Source of the DNA: Octopus sinensis
Taxonomy: Eukaryota
Length of the DNA stretch: 64,000 nucleotides
Assembly (NCBI RefSeq): GCF_006345805.1
Contig: NC_043001.1
Location: 98,828,001 to 98,892,000, forward strand
Direction of reading: 5' to 3'
Below are positions 53,069-64,000 of the stretch, piece by piece (within the stretch, counting starts at the first letter, position 1; each line of letters opens with the position of its first letter). Both the position numbers and the translations under genes were made by a program. A model generated the notes under the pieces. That model searched no databases and was not told the origin of the DNA. It was given only the letters and a program-made list of their open reading frames with translations.

Positions 53069-53070
<2 letters not shown>
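52452..53070 (+). mobile_element. RTE 3' UTR-only insertion
   Basis: Near-identical to 2738-2880 plus the minisatellite and (GAT)n tail. Confidence 0.85.
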
Positions 53071-53099
<29 letters not shown>

Positions 53100-53316
53100 T
53101 GTCTTCAAAGCAAAACTGGATCTCTTCTTGTCAAGGATTCTGGATGAGCCTATCTCATGGCAGAATACACAGATGAGGTCAGAATCGTAAGACTCCCTCC
53201 TTCACTAAATGCCTCATATCAAAGGGGGTTTCAAATAGTGAAAATGTTGTAAAACTCGTGGTGGTGTCCCAGCATGACCACAGTTTTTGAGCTGAAATTA
53301 GTTAAAGATTTAAAGA

Positions 53317-53348
<32 letters not shown>

Positions 53349-53452
53349 TCTTTAAATCTTTAACTTTTGCTTTCAACATGTGATCTCTTAAGCACCACCA
53401 GCTCAAATATTTTCTCCTCTGTCTTCCCTCCTTGGGATCTTTCCTTCTCCTT

Positions 53453-53487
53453 GTTTCCGACGAAGAGCTCCGCTCGAAACGTTAAAC
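53453..53487 (+). ncRNA. Minimal type I hammerhead ribozyme (CCGACGA core)
   Basis: GUUU CCGACGA A GAGC-UCC-GCUC GAAA CG UU^AAAC. Palindromic AACGUU stem III, cleavage after 53483. Lies in a ~240-bp element between two (TA)n tracts. Confidence 0.8.
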
Positions 53488-53601
53488 CCTCCTTCCCTTC
53501 TTTCCTGAGCGTCAATAATACTTTAATTGTTCCACGTCCTGCGTTGCTGTGTTTTTTTCTCTTTTTTTTCTCTTTTTTTCTGTGTTTTCTTGTTTGGATT
53601 A

Positions 53602-53639
<38 letters not shown>

Positions 53640-54393
53640 ACAGTGTGTTTGGTGTTAGAAGGGGGCATCCAGCCATAAAAACCCTGCCAAAACAGATACT
53701 GGAGCCTGGTGCAGTCTTCTGCCTAGCCATCTCCTGTCAAATCATCCAACCCACGTTAGCATGGAAAGCAGATGTTAAGCAAATTTGTTCATGTGTGATG
53801 AACCAGTTACAAACACTAATGTCTTTTACTGTCCTCTTGTTAACTTCAGCTATACTGTCCCATTTTTTTTAATTGAATTCCTCCCTTCCTCTAGTTTTTC
53901 TGCTCCTTTCTCTTCCAAATCTTTACCTCTTCCTCTTTCTTCTTTATCCTTCTCCCTTATACTGATGCTTATCTTCATTTCCTGCCCCCATACTTGTACT
54001 ATTCCTTCAGTGTTTTGCCTATCAATGGGCCTAATGAGAAAGCCTATCAATAACGAACCTACTAATGGCTACTGGAAACAGCTGTAAATCAAATTTACTA
54101 CAATAAAGAAAAATATGTAATGACCATTATTTATGCCTTGTCTTTTATATCATTCTGTGTAAAATCAGTATAACTGGAGCACAAACATGGATTTACAATA
54201 TACAATAGTGATGAACTATAACCTCAGACCCTGCCACATGATCACACAGGGTTCTTTACTAATCTCAGCAATATTGTTAGCTTAATGTACTAACAGAGTT
54301 TATAAAGTATTTTGCCCAAAATGATAATCCCCCCACAAACAATATATATATATATTATTTCAGAGGCAAGGAAAAGTAAATGAACAAAAAAAA

Positions 54394-55425
54394 CATTATG
54401 CCCCTTGTTCCATTAGTTGGAACCGAACCAGCACTCCAGTTGTTCAGACAATGGTATTTCCTTTGTCCTGTCAAAGACCACGATTATTAATGGTCGAAGG
54501 CAGTGAACTATGGCCCCCACACAGTTATGGAAAGTTTTAAAAAATTGAAATGCTGGGACAACGTTATAAATATGGCTAGCATTAAGTTAGCTGGTCAGTC
54601 AGCGAGAAACCATGAGAGGGTCAGTGTGAGCGGAGCGGACAAGGGAATGAGCTAGAGATGGTGGAGTCGGTGAGAGGCAGCCACAAAGATGACAGCCAGG
54701 GTCTAGAGAGAGACAGACAGTGAGTGGGCAAGAGACAGGACGAGAGGTAGTAAAGAAGATGACAGTGAAGGGGCAGAGAGAGACATAAAGAAGCCGGACT
54801 ACTATAGTGGGGGTTGTGATGTTCAGGGAGTGTTGCAGGCGTGGAACATGCGGTAATGTTTTTTATTTGTGTTTTGAATTTCGATGTTCAAATAGAGTCG
54901 ATGTGTTGTTGTTTTTAGAAAAAAGCAGTAGAAACTTTGAGAACTGTCGTGTAAAAAAAAAAAAAAGCGTGTTGTTGGCTGTTTTTAAGAGAAAAGAAAA
55001 GAAAGAAAAAAAAGAACTTGGAAATGTTTTAAAAAGGAGAAGGAAACTTTTTGATTGTGAACTTTGTGTTAAATGTAAAATGATGTGTCTTGGAAAAGAA
55101 AATCGAACAGTATTGGGTCAAATGTTAAATGATTTGTTTTTCAAACTCTGTCTTACGTTTAAATGCAATTGATTGTTCTTCAAACTCCGTACATGATTTG
55201 TCAACCTTTGTTTTGGAATGCTTTGATTTTGTTTTGAAAAAAAAAGCTAAATTACGCAACTTCCGCTGTGTCTCTCTCTTTTGTTGTGGTTGTGTTGGTT
55301 CCTGGCTGTGTTTGCCGCCTTCCCCTCCTTTCCGTGGTGGATTTCCGGTTTACTGAGTGTCGCTGTCGCAACTTAGGACCCATGATGGAATCGGAAGGCC
55401 TTGGGCCCTGAGTGGCGGCGTAACA
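54394..55425 (-). mobile_element. Possible solo LTR (~1 kb)
   Basis: Minus strand starts TGTTACGCCGCC and ends ...GGGGCATAAT. No coding similarity and no clear TSD. Confidence 0.3.
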
Positions 55426-55769
55426 ATATATATATAGGTGCAACTTTGGCATGTGGTCTACAAGGGAGATTACTTGGGGTTACTTTTAAATTATTTTGTA
55501 CATACTTGGCATTGTAAATGTATTTAATCAAATTCTTACTATTTTAATAATAAGAAAATCATATAATAATTAAAATAAGTGTGTAAACCACCCACCAAAG
55601 TAAATTTGCTCTTGGAGATAACACGGAAAATAGCACTAGCACAAAGTAAACTAAAAAGTAACCTAAAGTAATCTCCCTTTAAATTGTAGATCCCACGCTT
55701 TTTTTTTCTTACTAAATGATGTGAATTTAGTGCTGATTTCTTGTAAAAATGCAACTGCTTTCATCTTGC

Positions 55770-56090
55770 CATTGATCACATTGTAAAAATCTTTTGCCAA
55801 GATCTTACAATCAACCTTGTCCCATTGCATAATTTAGGAGGATCTAAATATCTTAGAAGCCTAAATAGGACCCTTACCTTCATAAAAATTCTACATGGAG
55901 GAATTCGTAATTCCAGGTGGCTCAGGAGAATCAAGGAACTTTGTTGGGTAATGGACAGCTTGATTTTCATCAAGGACTGAATCAACTGATTTGCACTCTT
56001 TAATGATTGTTGGGATCTTATTTGTTAATCCTTGCAACTGTTTCATTTTTTTGAGCAAGAATTGCCCTTTCACACAACCATTTATGAGAA
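55770..56090 (-). mobile_element. Helitron helicase fragment
   Basis: CKSVDSVLDENQAVHYPTKFLDSPEPPGI; LLRYLDPPKLCNGTRLIV. Confidence 0.85.
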
Positions 56091-56689
56091 CTACAATTAT
56101 TACTTAAGTCTGGAAATACCCTGTTCTTCAATTCAGCTAGGGAATTCACCATGATAGCAATATGAGCCAAGCTGATATCACCATTCCTATCAAATGGTAC
56201 TTTCCCATTTCCTAATTGGAGGAGCCAGGTTGAAAATTGTTCTGCACATTGGTCCCCATGTAATAACGCTCACACATTAGTATTGAAGGAGAATTTTTGT
56301 ATTTTATTCCATAGGTGCAAAGACTTAATGCATGCTTTTATTTCATCAAATCTTTGTCTTGGAATGTCTGGTAATGTCTCTCTGAAGTCTTCTGATGAAA
56401 CTCATGTAACTCCCTCCATAGATTTATTGTTGCCTCTGATGTCCTGTAAGATCTTACCAAGAGCTTCCACTGCACCTCTATGTGACATGGTGCATTCATT
56501 CCAAATGATAAGGTGGCATTGGCACAACACTTTTAGTGAACTGAATCTTTTCTTATGTTACAAAATGGACTGTCATTTGTGACCTGGTTTAACAGTAATT
56601 TAGAAGCAGAATGGGCTGTTCGTCCTCCTGAGAGGAATAGTGGGAGAAAAGCCAAACAATCCTACAGCAACTGCAATTCTTTTTTCTTG

Positions 56690-56790
56690 CCTTACCTTGG
56701 AGAGAAGCAATGTTGTTACAAATGTTTTACCTGTGCCATCAGGAGCATCAAAAAGGAAAATTCCTCTGCTTTTTTCTGGTGATTGTGGAA
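56690..56790 (-). mobile_element. Helitron PIF1 Walker A fragment
   Basis: IFLFDAPDGTGKTFVTTLLLSKVRQEKRIAVAV. Confidence 0.75.
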
Positions 56791-57699
56791 CACCGTATGC
56801 ACACACATAAACACAGACACATATACATACAGTATCAAACATGAGATGAAATGGACATGTGTGTGTGAGTGATAGAGAGCACGAATGAAGGGGTATGTTG
56901 TCATGTATACATAAATAAATAAGCATACATCTTTTTTGTATGTATGTGTGCATGTGAGAGAGCGAATGCCACTTAGACATCACTCACTCTCTCTCTCTCT
57001 ATCTTATGCACACATACATGCAAAAAAGATGTATGCTTATGTATTCATGTAAGTACACATACATGACAACACATCCCTTCACTCTCTCTCTCTCACACAC
57101 ACACATACATAAATGTATACCAACATACATACAAAAACACGTGTGTGTGTGTGTGTGACTGACTACAAATACAAAGAGCTGAACATCACACACAAAAAGT
57201 AAATAAATTTTACGGACATTAATGAAGTGTGCAGGTTCAAGTGAAAGAATGCCCATATTTTTTTTTGGGACGACTCGTGTTGAATTGCAAATTTTAATGT
57301 GATATTTGTGTAATAACGAAATCAAACTTGGAGTGTGTGTGTGAGTGAGAAAGAGAGGGGGAGAGAACATTGCAAACAATGAATGAAATAAGCATAAAAT
57401 GAAAAAAATTGTCTCAATAATAATACATTAAACATATCTTGTACAAAATATTTGAATTTGTGAACTTAGTAAATATTTGTTTCAGTAATTTATTGTAGTT
57501 GTTTCGAAAGAGTAAATTAAAATGGAAAATTTCACAGTTGCTATGTCAAAACTGATGATCCTATTACGTATCCAAGTTTAAATTATTCATGCATCCCAAG
57601 TTTTCTCAGGAAAAGCGAAAATACATACACGTCTTGATTGTTGGCCTATTTTATGTGTGAGGAAGTTTGACAGCACTGCTCTTATCTGTACCATATTGA

Positions 57700-59100
57700 G
57701 CTGTTGGTTTCAGCCGGTATTGTAAAGAGAAGAGTGTCTAGTTGTTTTTTGAACACATCCACATCCACATCATGTAGGGTTCTTAATTTTTGTAGCAGGG
57801 CATTGAAGAGCTGTGGGCTTTCAAACCCTAAGCTATTGCAGTGCCTGGTCCTGAATTTAGATGGAGTGGATGGTATCTTTGGTACAGTATAACAGTATCC
57901 AGTTCAGGTATTTGTGTAACACTCAATGCCAAAATTAGGTACTAGTCCATCCAGAATTTTTCATATGTAAATTATTACAGATCTGTCATGTCTTTGTCTC
58001 AATGAGTAAAGACATAGTTTTTTCGGCCTCTCCCAGTAGCTCATCTGCTGCACTGTTACAATTTTTCTAGTGTAGTAACATTGGACTGCTGCAAGCTCTG
58101 CTGTTAGTTTGGCACTAAGTGGTGACCATAACAGAACAGTAATCCAGGTGGCAAAAAACAAAGATCCTCCACAGGGTCAACATAACTTCTTGAAGGACCT
58201 TAGTAACCGTCCTGCTAGCTGACTGCACTTTATTGCCATCTTGGTAATGTGCATATGAAATGCTGCATCATTACACATACTGATCCCCAAGTCATTATAT
58301 CTCTCTATATATAAACGGCAGTTTGTCTGTCTGTGTGTCTGTCAGGTTGTACCCTCACCCTGACCACGGCTTTCAACTGATTCTGATGAAACTTGACACA
58401 CACATAGCCCAATGTCATAATTCAAAACTAACGCAGCGAAAATTTTGAAAAGTTACCCCAGTTCTGAAAAAAAACGATAAATTCGACATGGGTCGAGAAT
58501 CTAAGCTTTTTATATGCAACACATTTTCAATAAACTGTCTAGGGGACGCAACTCGACCTTTTTAACTCTCGGAACACGTGGGGTAAGTATCCTAAAATGT
58601 ATAAAAATGTACAAAAATGGCAAAAAAGCGGGCAGCAATGTGAGTGACAACAACGAAAAAGTCAAAAGTGACCAAACTGAACAAACGAATGGAAAAGGTT
58701 TTTTGGTGCACACGACAAAAGCGGTTTATAATAAATTTAAGGTAAAACGTTTGGGGTGGTAGTTATAAAGAAAGTGTAAACAAAAAAAGTATTTGAATAA
58801 CTTGCGGCTGCAGCAGCTATTAGCAGAAGTTGGGGGTAAAGTCTCGAATGTAATTTCTTCCTGGTAGGAATTGGTTGGGTTGAATTATCGATAGCTGTTT
58901 GATAGTTATTTGGGAGTGAAGAGAAGACATTGCAACCTACACATGCGCCTTCGTTCCCTAGAGGGAAAGGACTAGATTGGGATTAGTCGTTGCCTACTAG
59001 GGGCTCTTACATACCCGGGCAACGCCGGGCTATGCTGCTAGTATACTATAAAATGATTATATCAGTGGCCTAGGACTGAAAAATGACCATATAGGCAACA
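57700..59100 (-). mobile_element. CR1-like LINE fragment split by a Helitron
   Basis: NDLGISMCNDAAFH..; AELAAVQCYYTRKI..SYWERPKKLCLYSL..; PKLLQ (antisense) 3' region. Sequence is continuous across 58289/59042. Confidence 0.75.
58290..59041 (+). mobile_element. Complete non-autonomous Helitron (752 bp)
   Basis: A|TC 5' end, CCCGGGCAACGCCGGG hairpin, CTAG|T 3' end; no TSD. Confidence 0.9.
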
Positions 59101-59611
59101 TTATTTTTTTTTACATATATAATTATAAAGATTAGCAAGGATATCCAGCGTTGCTCAGGATTAAAATGGCATAGTTTGTGTATAATATATTACAGTTATG
59201 TTGAAACAGGTGGTATGGGAAAGTGCAGCATTGACAACAAAACATTTAAGGAGTTTCTAAATCTCTCGTAGAGAGGTGTACGGTGGTGGAGCGATATAAT
59301 GGTTGTATACTGTCAATCTAACAAGAACGTGACAGTAGGGGGTACACCACAGGATAAAATGTGTCGAAGCTGTCAGGAGGCGTTCGATGCCTCCTAGGGC
59401 TATATAACGGTGGTGTACCCCCTACTGTCACGTTCTTGTTAGATTGACAGTATACAACCATTATATCGCTCCACCACCGTACACCTCTCTACGAGAGATT
59501 TAGAAACTCAATATTTCTTATTTTGATAATCAGTGAATAGACTTCACTGACTATAGATATATACAAATACAAAGTCGAGACAGATATCGCCAGCTGACCG
59601 GTGTCTGCTAC

Positions 59612-59657
59612 TCTAGGCCGATGAAGGACAATGATCCTGAAACACGGTGTCCCTAGA
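59612..59657 (+). ncRNA. Type I hammerhead ribozyme, copy 1
   Basis: UCUAGG CCGAUGA AGGA-CAAUGA-UCCU GAAA CAC-G-GUG UC^CCUAGA. Cleavage after 59651. Stem I extends through a UAC/U internal loop into CUGC/GCAG, CCGG/CCGG and CCAGCUG/CGGUUGG. Confidence 0.88.
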
Positions 59658-59975
59658 TGCAGTTCCGGCGGTTGGGGGTGTTTGTCTCCCCTTCGGATGT
59701 GTATATAAGGACACAGGATAAAATGTGTCGAAGCTGTCAGGAGGCGTTCGATGCCTCCTAGGGCTATATAACGGTGGTGTACCCCCTACTGTCACGTTCT
59801 TGTTAGATTGACAGTATACAACCATTATATCGCTCCACCACCGTACACCTCTCTACGAGAGATTTAGAAACTCAATATTTCTTATTTTGATAATCAGTGA
59901 ATAGACTTCACTGACTATAGATATATACAAATACGAAGTCGAGACAGATATCGCCAGCTGACCGGTGTCTGCTAC

Positions 59976-60021
59976 TCTAGGCCGATGAAGGACAATGATC
60001 CTGAAACACGGTGTCCCTAGA
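59976..60021 (+). ncRNA. Type I hammerhead ribozyme, copy 2
   Basis: Identical to copy 1, 364 bp downstream. Cleavage after 60015. Confidence 0.88.
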
Positions 60022-60275
60022 TGCAGTTCCGGCGGTTGGGGGTGTTTGTCTCCCCTTCGTATGTGTATATAAGGACACAGGATAAAATGTGTCGAAGCTG
60101 TCAGGAGGCGTTCGATGCCTCCTAGGGCTGTATAACGGTGGTGTACCCCCTACTGTCACGTTCTTGTTAGATTGACAGTATACAACCATTATATCGCTCC
60201 ACCACCATACACCTCTCTACGAGAGATTTAGAAACTCAATATTTCTTATATATATATATATATATATAATGTATG

Positions 60276-60351
<76 letters not shown>

Positions 60352-60360
60352 TGCATATAT

Positions 60361-60890
60361 CATCATCATTTAGCGTCCGCTTTCCATGCTAGCATGGGTT
60401 GGACGGTTCAACTGGGGTCTGGGAAGCCAGAAGGCTGCACCAGGCCCAATCTTATCTGGCAATGTTTCTACGGCTGGATGGCCTTCCTAACGCCAACCAC
60501 TCTGTGAGTGTAGTGGGTGCTTTTTACATGCTAGACGAGGCTGGCAAACGACCACAATCGGATGGTGCTTTTTACGTGCCACTGGCACAGAGGCCAGTCG
60601 AGGCGGCGCTGGCAACGGCCACGTTCGGATGGTTCTCTTACGTGCCACGGGCACTGGTATCACAGCTTGATTTGATTTGATTTTCACTTGCCTCAACAGG
60701 TCTTTGCAAGTAGAGTTTTGTGTCCCAAGAAGGAAAGGTATGAATAAGTGGACTGGCTACATCCCAGGTAGAGGCCACGGGTTATGGTGTCACTTGTCCT
60801 GCCGGGTCTTCTCACGCACAGCATACTTCCAAAGGTCTCGGTCTCTAGTCATTTCTTCGGTGAGACTTAAAGTTCGAAGGTTGTGCTTAT
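60361..60890 (-). mobile_element. RTE 3' UTR insertion
   Basis: Reverse complement of the 2740-3470 family, including the (CAT)n tail. Confidence 0.85.
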
Positions 60891-60899
60891 ATATATATA

Positions 60900-62170
60900 T
60901 TGGGATTTTTTAAATTTAAACTTTTTAAAAGGTTTAATAAAGAAAAAGAAATAACTAATTAATCAATAATATATCCACCCTTGTTGTTTACAACTTCTTC
61001 CCAACGTTCAACAAGATTTTCAATACCTCGTTGGTAGAAATCACCTGATTTCGACTCAAAAAATTGATCCAACCAAGCTCTCAATTCTGCATCAGTATTG
61101 AACGAAACTCCATTCATAGCATTTGAAAGAGATCAAAAGAGGTTGAAATCCGTTGGTGCCAAATCAGGAGGGTACGGTGGGTGTGGCAGCACTTCCCAGC
61201 CATGCGTTTGAATGGCTTCCTTGGTCATATTGGCAATATGAGGGCGGGCATAATCGTGCAGCATAAGAACTCCATGCTGCCGATTAGGTCTTTTCTCTTG
61301 AACAGCCATGTTGAGTCATTCCATCTGTTGAACATAGAGTTCCACGTTGACTGTTTGGTTCCGTTCAAGCAATTCGTAATGAATAATCCCTTCCCAGTCC
61401 CACCATATGCACAACATCGTTTTATGCGGATGAAGATCTTGTTTCATGCGTGGTGTCGCTTGTTTACTGGGGCTAAGCCATTCCTTATGCTGCTTCATAT
61501 TGATGTACAGGCACCATTTTTCTTCGCGAGTAATGATTCAGTAAAGAAATCGCTGCTTGTGTCCACGAGTTGAGTGGTGACAAGCAAGCAAACCAGCAGA
61601 GATTGTGGCTCATTGATTTTGTTGTTGTCACTTAAAGCATGCGGAAACCCAGCTCCATACTTCTGAACCATCATTGAGTGAAGATGCTTCTCTATAGCAG
61701 TGTGGGAGCATTCCATTTTCTATGCCAGTTCCTTTGTCATTTGACGAGAATTTTCATGCAAAAGTTGGTTTAATAGGTCTTCATCAACAACCACTGGACA
61801 GCCAGAACGAGGTGCATCTTTGAGGTCAAAATTTCCCTTTTTGAACTTGGCATACCAATTACAAGCAGTTCTTTCAGCTACAACACCCTCTCCATACACA
61901 ACACAAATGTCACGAGCAGCTTTTGCGGCCTTAGAACCTTGATTAAAAGCAAAAAGAAGGAGGTGTCGAAAATGCTCATTTTTCTTAACTTGACATTCCA
62001 TTTTAATGATGTGAAAATAAACAAAATTTAACTGAAATTAACTACAAAAAGACAAAATAGATTCCAAAATGATTCAAAAAAGGATTCTCGAAAAAAATAG
62101 ATTCCAAAATTTAAAAACGCAATAAATTCCAAAATTTTAAAAAACAGTGGGAACTTGGTTGCCAACCCAA
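60900..62170 (-). mobile_element. Near full-length inactive mariner (second family)
   Basis: MECQVKKNEHFRHLLLFAF..WYAKFKKGNFDLKDAPRSG; MLCIWWDWEGIIHYELL; HDYARPH..PPDLAPTDF. Right end GCCAACCCAA|TA; left TIR reduced to TA|TTGGG. Confidence 0.9.
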
Positions 62171-62179
62171 TATATATTA

Positions 62180-63020
62180 TATAAGAGTCAATGTCTTTAT
62201 GTGTGTTTGTGTATTGTGTATAGACTCGAAAACTACTAGACCAGTCCTAATGAAATTTGGAATACAAAATCCAAGCCAAGGGAGAAGGGTAATGCTATAT
62301 GTTTCATACAATTTTGAGGTGACATAAAGGGAGCAGAACCTCCATGAAAATTCATATATTCAGATTCTGATGAAATTTGAACCATAAGTATTAGAAATAA
62401 ATTTTAAAATATTCTTAAAATTTCCATTTCTTTGGATGATTCTAAGACCTCTTAACTCCCAAATTTTAGTCATTTTTCATGGACCAAAATTGTTGAATGG
62501 ATCCTTATGATATTTGGAACTTAGATTCAATGCATAAGGGCAGGTATAATGCAGTATGTTTGGTTTGAATTTGAGGAGGCTTAAAGGGAGCAGAACCCCT
62601 CATGAAAATTTATAAATTTCCGATGTTGATGGAACTACAACCATGGGTAATTGGCACAAATCAAGAAGTATTCCCAAAGTTTCCACTTCTCATGAGCATT
62701 CTAAGACCTCCTAATGGGGGCCTTAACTCCCAAATTTTAGTCATTTTTTATGATCCAAAACGAGGTCAAAAGGACTGAATGGATCTTTATGAAATTTGGA
62801 AATTATATTCTATGCATAAGCATGGATGTAATGCAGTATATGTTTGAAAGTGAGGGGGCATAAATGAGGCCATGAAACTTCATATATTTTTGCTGTTGAT
62901 GAAATTTTAATCATAGATATTAGACACAAATGAAGTAATATTCCTAAAATTTCAACTTCTTAGGAAGTTAGTAAGACCTCTTAATGGGGGCTTAACCCCA
63001 ACAATTTAGTCATTTTTCCT
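62180..63020 (+). repeat. ~260-bp tandem repeat (about 3 diverged copies), Helitron-derivative-like
   Basis: GAGCAGAACC at ~62331 and ~62588; TAAGACCTC..AACTCCCAAATTTTAGTCATTTT at ~62441, ~62702 and ~62972. Confidence 0.7.
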
Positions 63021-64000
63021 AAGCCACTGCGAATACAATTGTAGTTTTGGAAGCTGTACAGTCATCTGAGGATACAAGATAAGCATTATTTGTAATTCAA
63101 TGGTACAACAGTGTAAGAGTTTTCTTTGAGATAGACTGTGATTTCTGCAATGAGGTGTATAAATTGTAAAGAAGAAGTATCTTTGCCTCCACTGATTCAG
63201 TTGCAAAGCGTTAATTTGAGTAAAGTTATTTGGTTGCAGACTTCCTTTGAGTCTTTTTATTATCACTGGGTCAGAGATATTTTCTAGATGGTAACATTGA
63301 TTTCAAGGCCTTTCCAAGAAAACTGTACAGACTTTTGTTTGTATGACTGGATGCATATGATGTCAAATAATTTTCAACATCGAAGCCATAGGGAGTGCTA
63401 AAAATAGCTCTGAAGTGGTAGTCCAATACAACAGCTCTACTAAAAACTAGGAGAAATATATATCAAATTTAGGTTTAATCAATTCATGAATATATATCAA
63501 TGAATTTATTTATTCTTTCCAGTATCTAGTAAAAAAAATTTTTTGTGTGAAACTTCATTTTCTTTTTTATGAATTTTAACTTTGGGGGGGAAATTGCCTT
63601 ACTTATAATCATCATTAAAATGTTACCTATCTTCTTAAGTCACTCTAACAATAACTTATGATAGATCTCTGAAACATTATCAGAAGCCAATGTATATTGA
63701 ATGCATTTCTAGCAAAAACAGTTCTCAGAATATTGATCATTGTTTAAACTGCCAGTCATTAAACCTGATGACTTGTGGCCCACTAGAAAATGCATCAACA
63801 AAAATATATCACACACCAACATCAAGAATGTAATCCTAAAACCTATGTCTGTGCATATAACGCTGGCTTTTCTTCAATTAATCAAATATGCTCTGTAACA
63901 TTTGGTATGTGTTTAACCATTTAATATTTTAAACTGGCCATATCCAGTCCAAATATTCTACTTGTTTTATGCTCAATCCAGTCTGATCTAGTCTCTCACA

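Larger units (their letters stand above)
59251..60249 (+). mobile_element. Retrozyme-like / non-autonomous Penelope-like element: 100-bp inverted head plus ~2.5 tandem units of 364 bp
   Basis: 59251-59350 is the exact reverse complement of 59410-59509. Unit starts 59351, 59715, 60079; only 4 substitutions seen among copies. A type I HHR is present in each full unit. Confidence 0.9.

Noticed and set aside
59613-60189. Duplicated 70-aa minus-strand ORF (MVVYCQSNK...)
   Set aside because: By-product of the 364-bp repeat, antisense to the ribozyme, with no recognisable motif.
59251-60249. CRISPR array or viral hairpin terminus interpretation
   Set aside because: There are no unique spacers and no Rep/capsid or cas ORF. 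The hammerhead plus partial-tandem layout explains it better.
63760-63800. CUGAUGA..GUGGCCCAC..GAAA AUGCAUC
   Set aside because: No stem I, and the base of stem II is mismatched.

Overview
AT-rich, microsatellite-dense animal DNA. The repeat repertoire looks coleoid cephalopod (Octopus-like), which is inferred from recognised repeat families, not from a database search. One host gene is supported: a two-coding-exon single-cysteine-cluster Toll-like receptor (CDS 46419-47637 + 48924-50215, +, 836 aa). The rest is nested mobile DNA: RTE, CR1-like, REL-type and Penelope retroelements, three mariners, a Tc1 fragment, Helitron pieces, and a Ty3/Gypsy LTR element with a -1 frameshift signal inserted in a hAT transposase. 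The main unexpected signal is self-cleaving hammerhead ribozymes (HHRs), found by reading the sequence by hand. A very young 364-bp tandem array at 59.25-60.25 kb carries a well-formed type I HHR in each full unit and a perfect 100-bp inverted head, consistent with a non-coding retrozyme or Penelope-like non-autonomous element. Eight further sequence-unrelated HHR motifs (2 intact, 6 imperfect or decayed) lie elsewhere in the window, and two of them sit in the same inverted-head architecture. Most short ORFs in the supplied track are microsatellite or antisense artefacts. All folds were deduced by hand and no activity has been tested.
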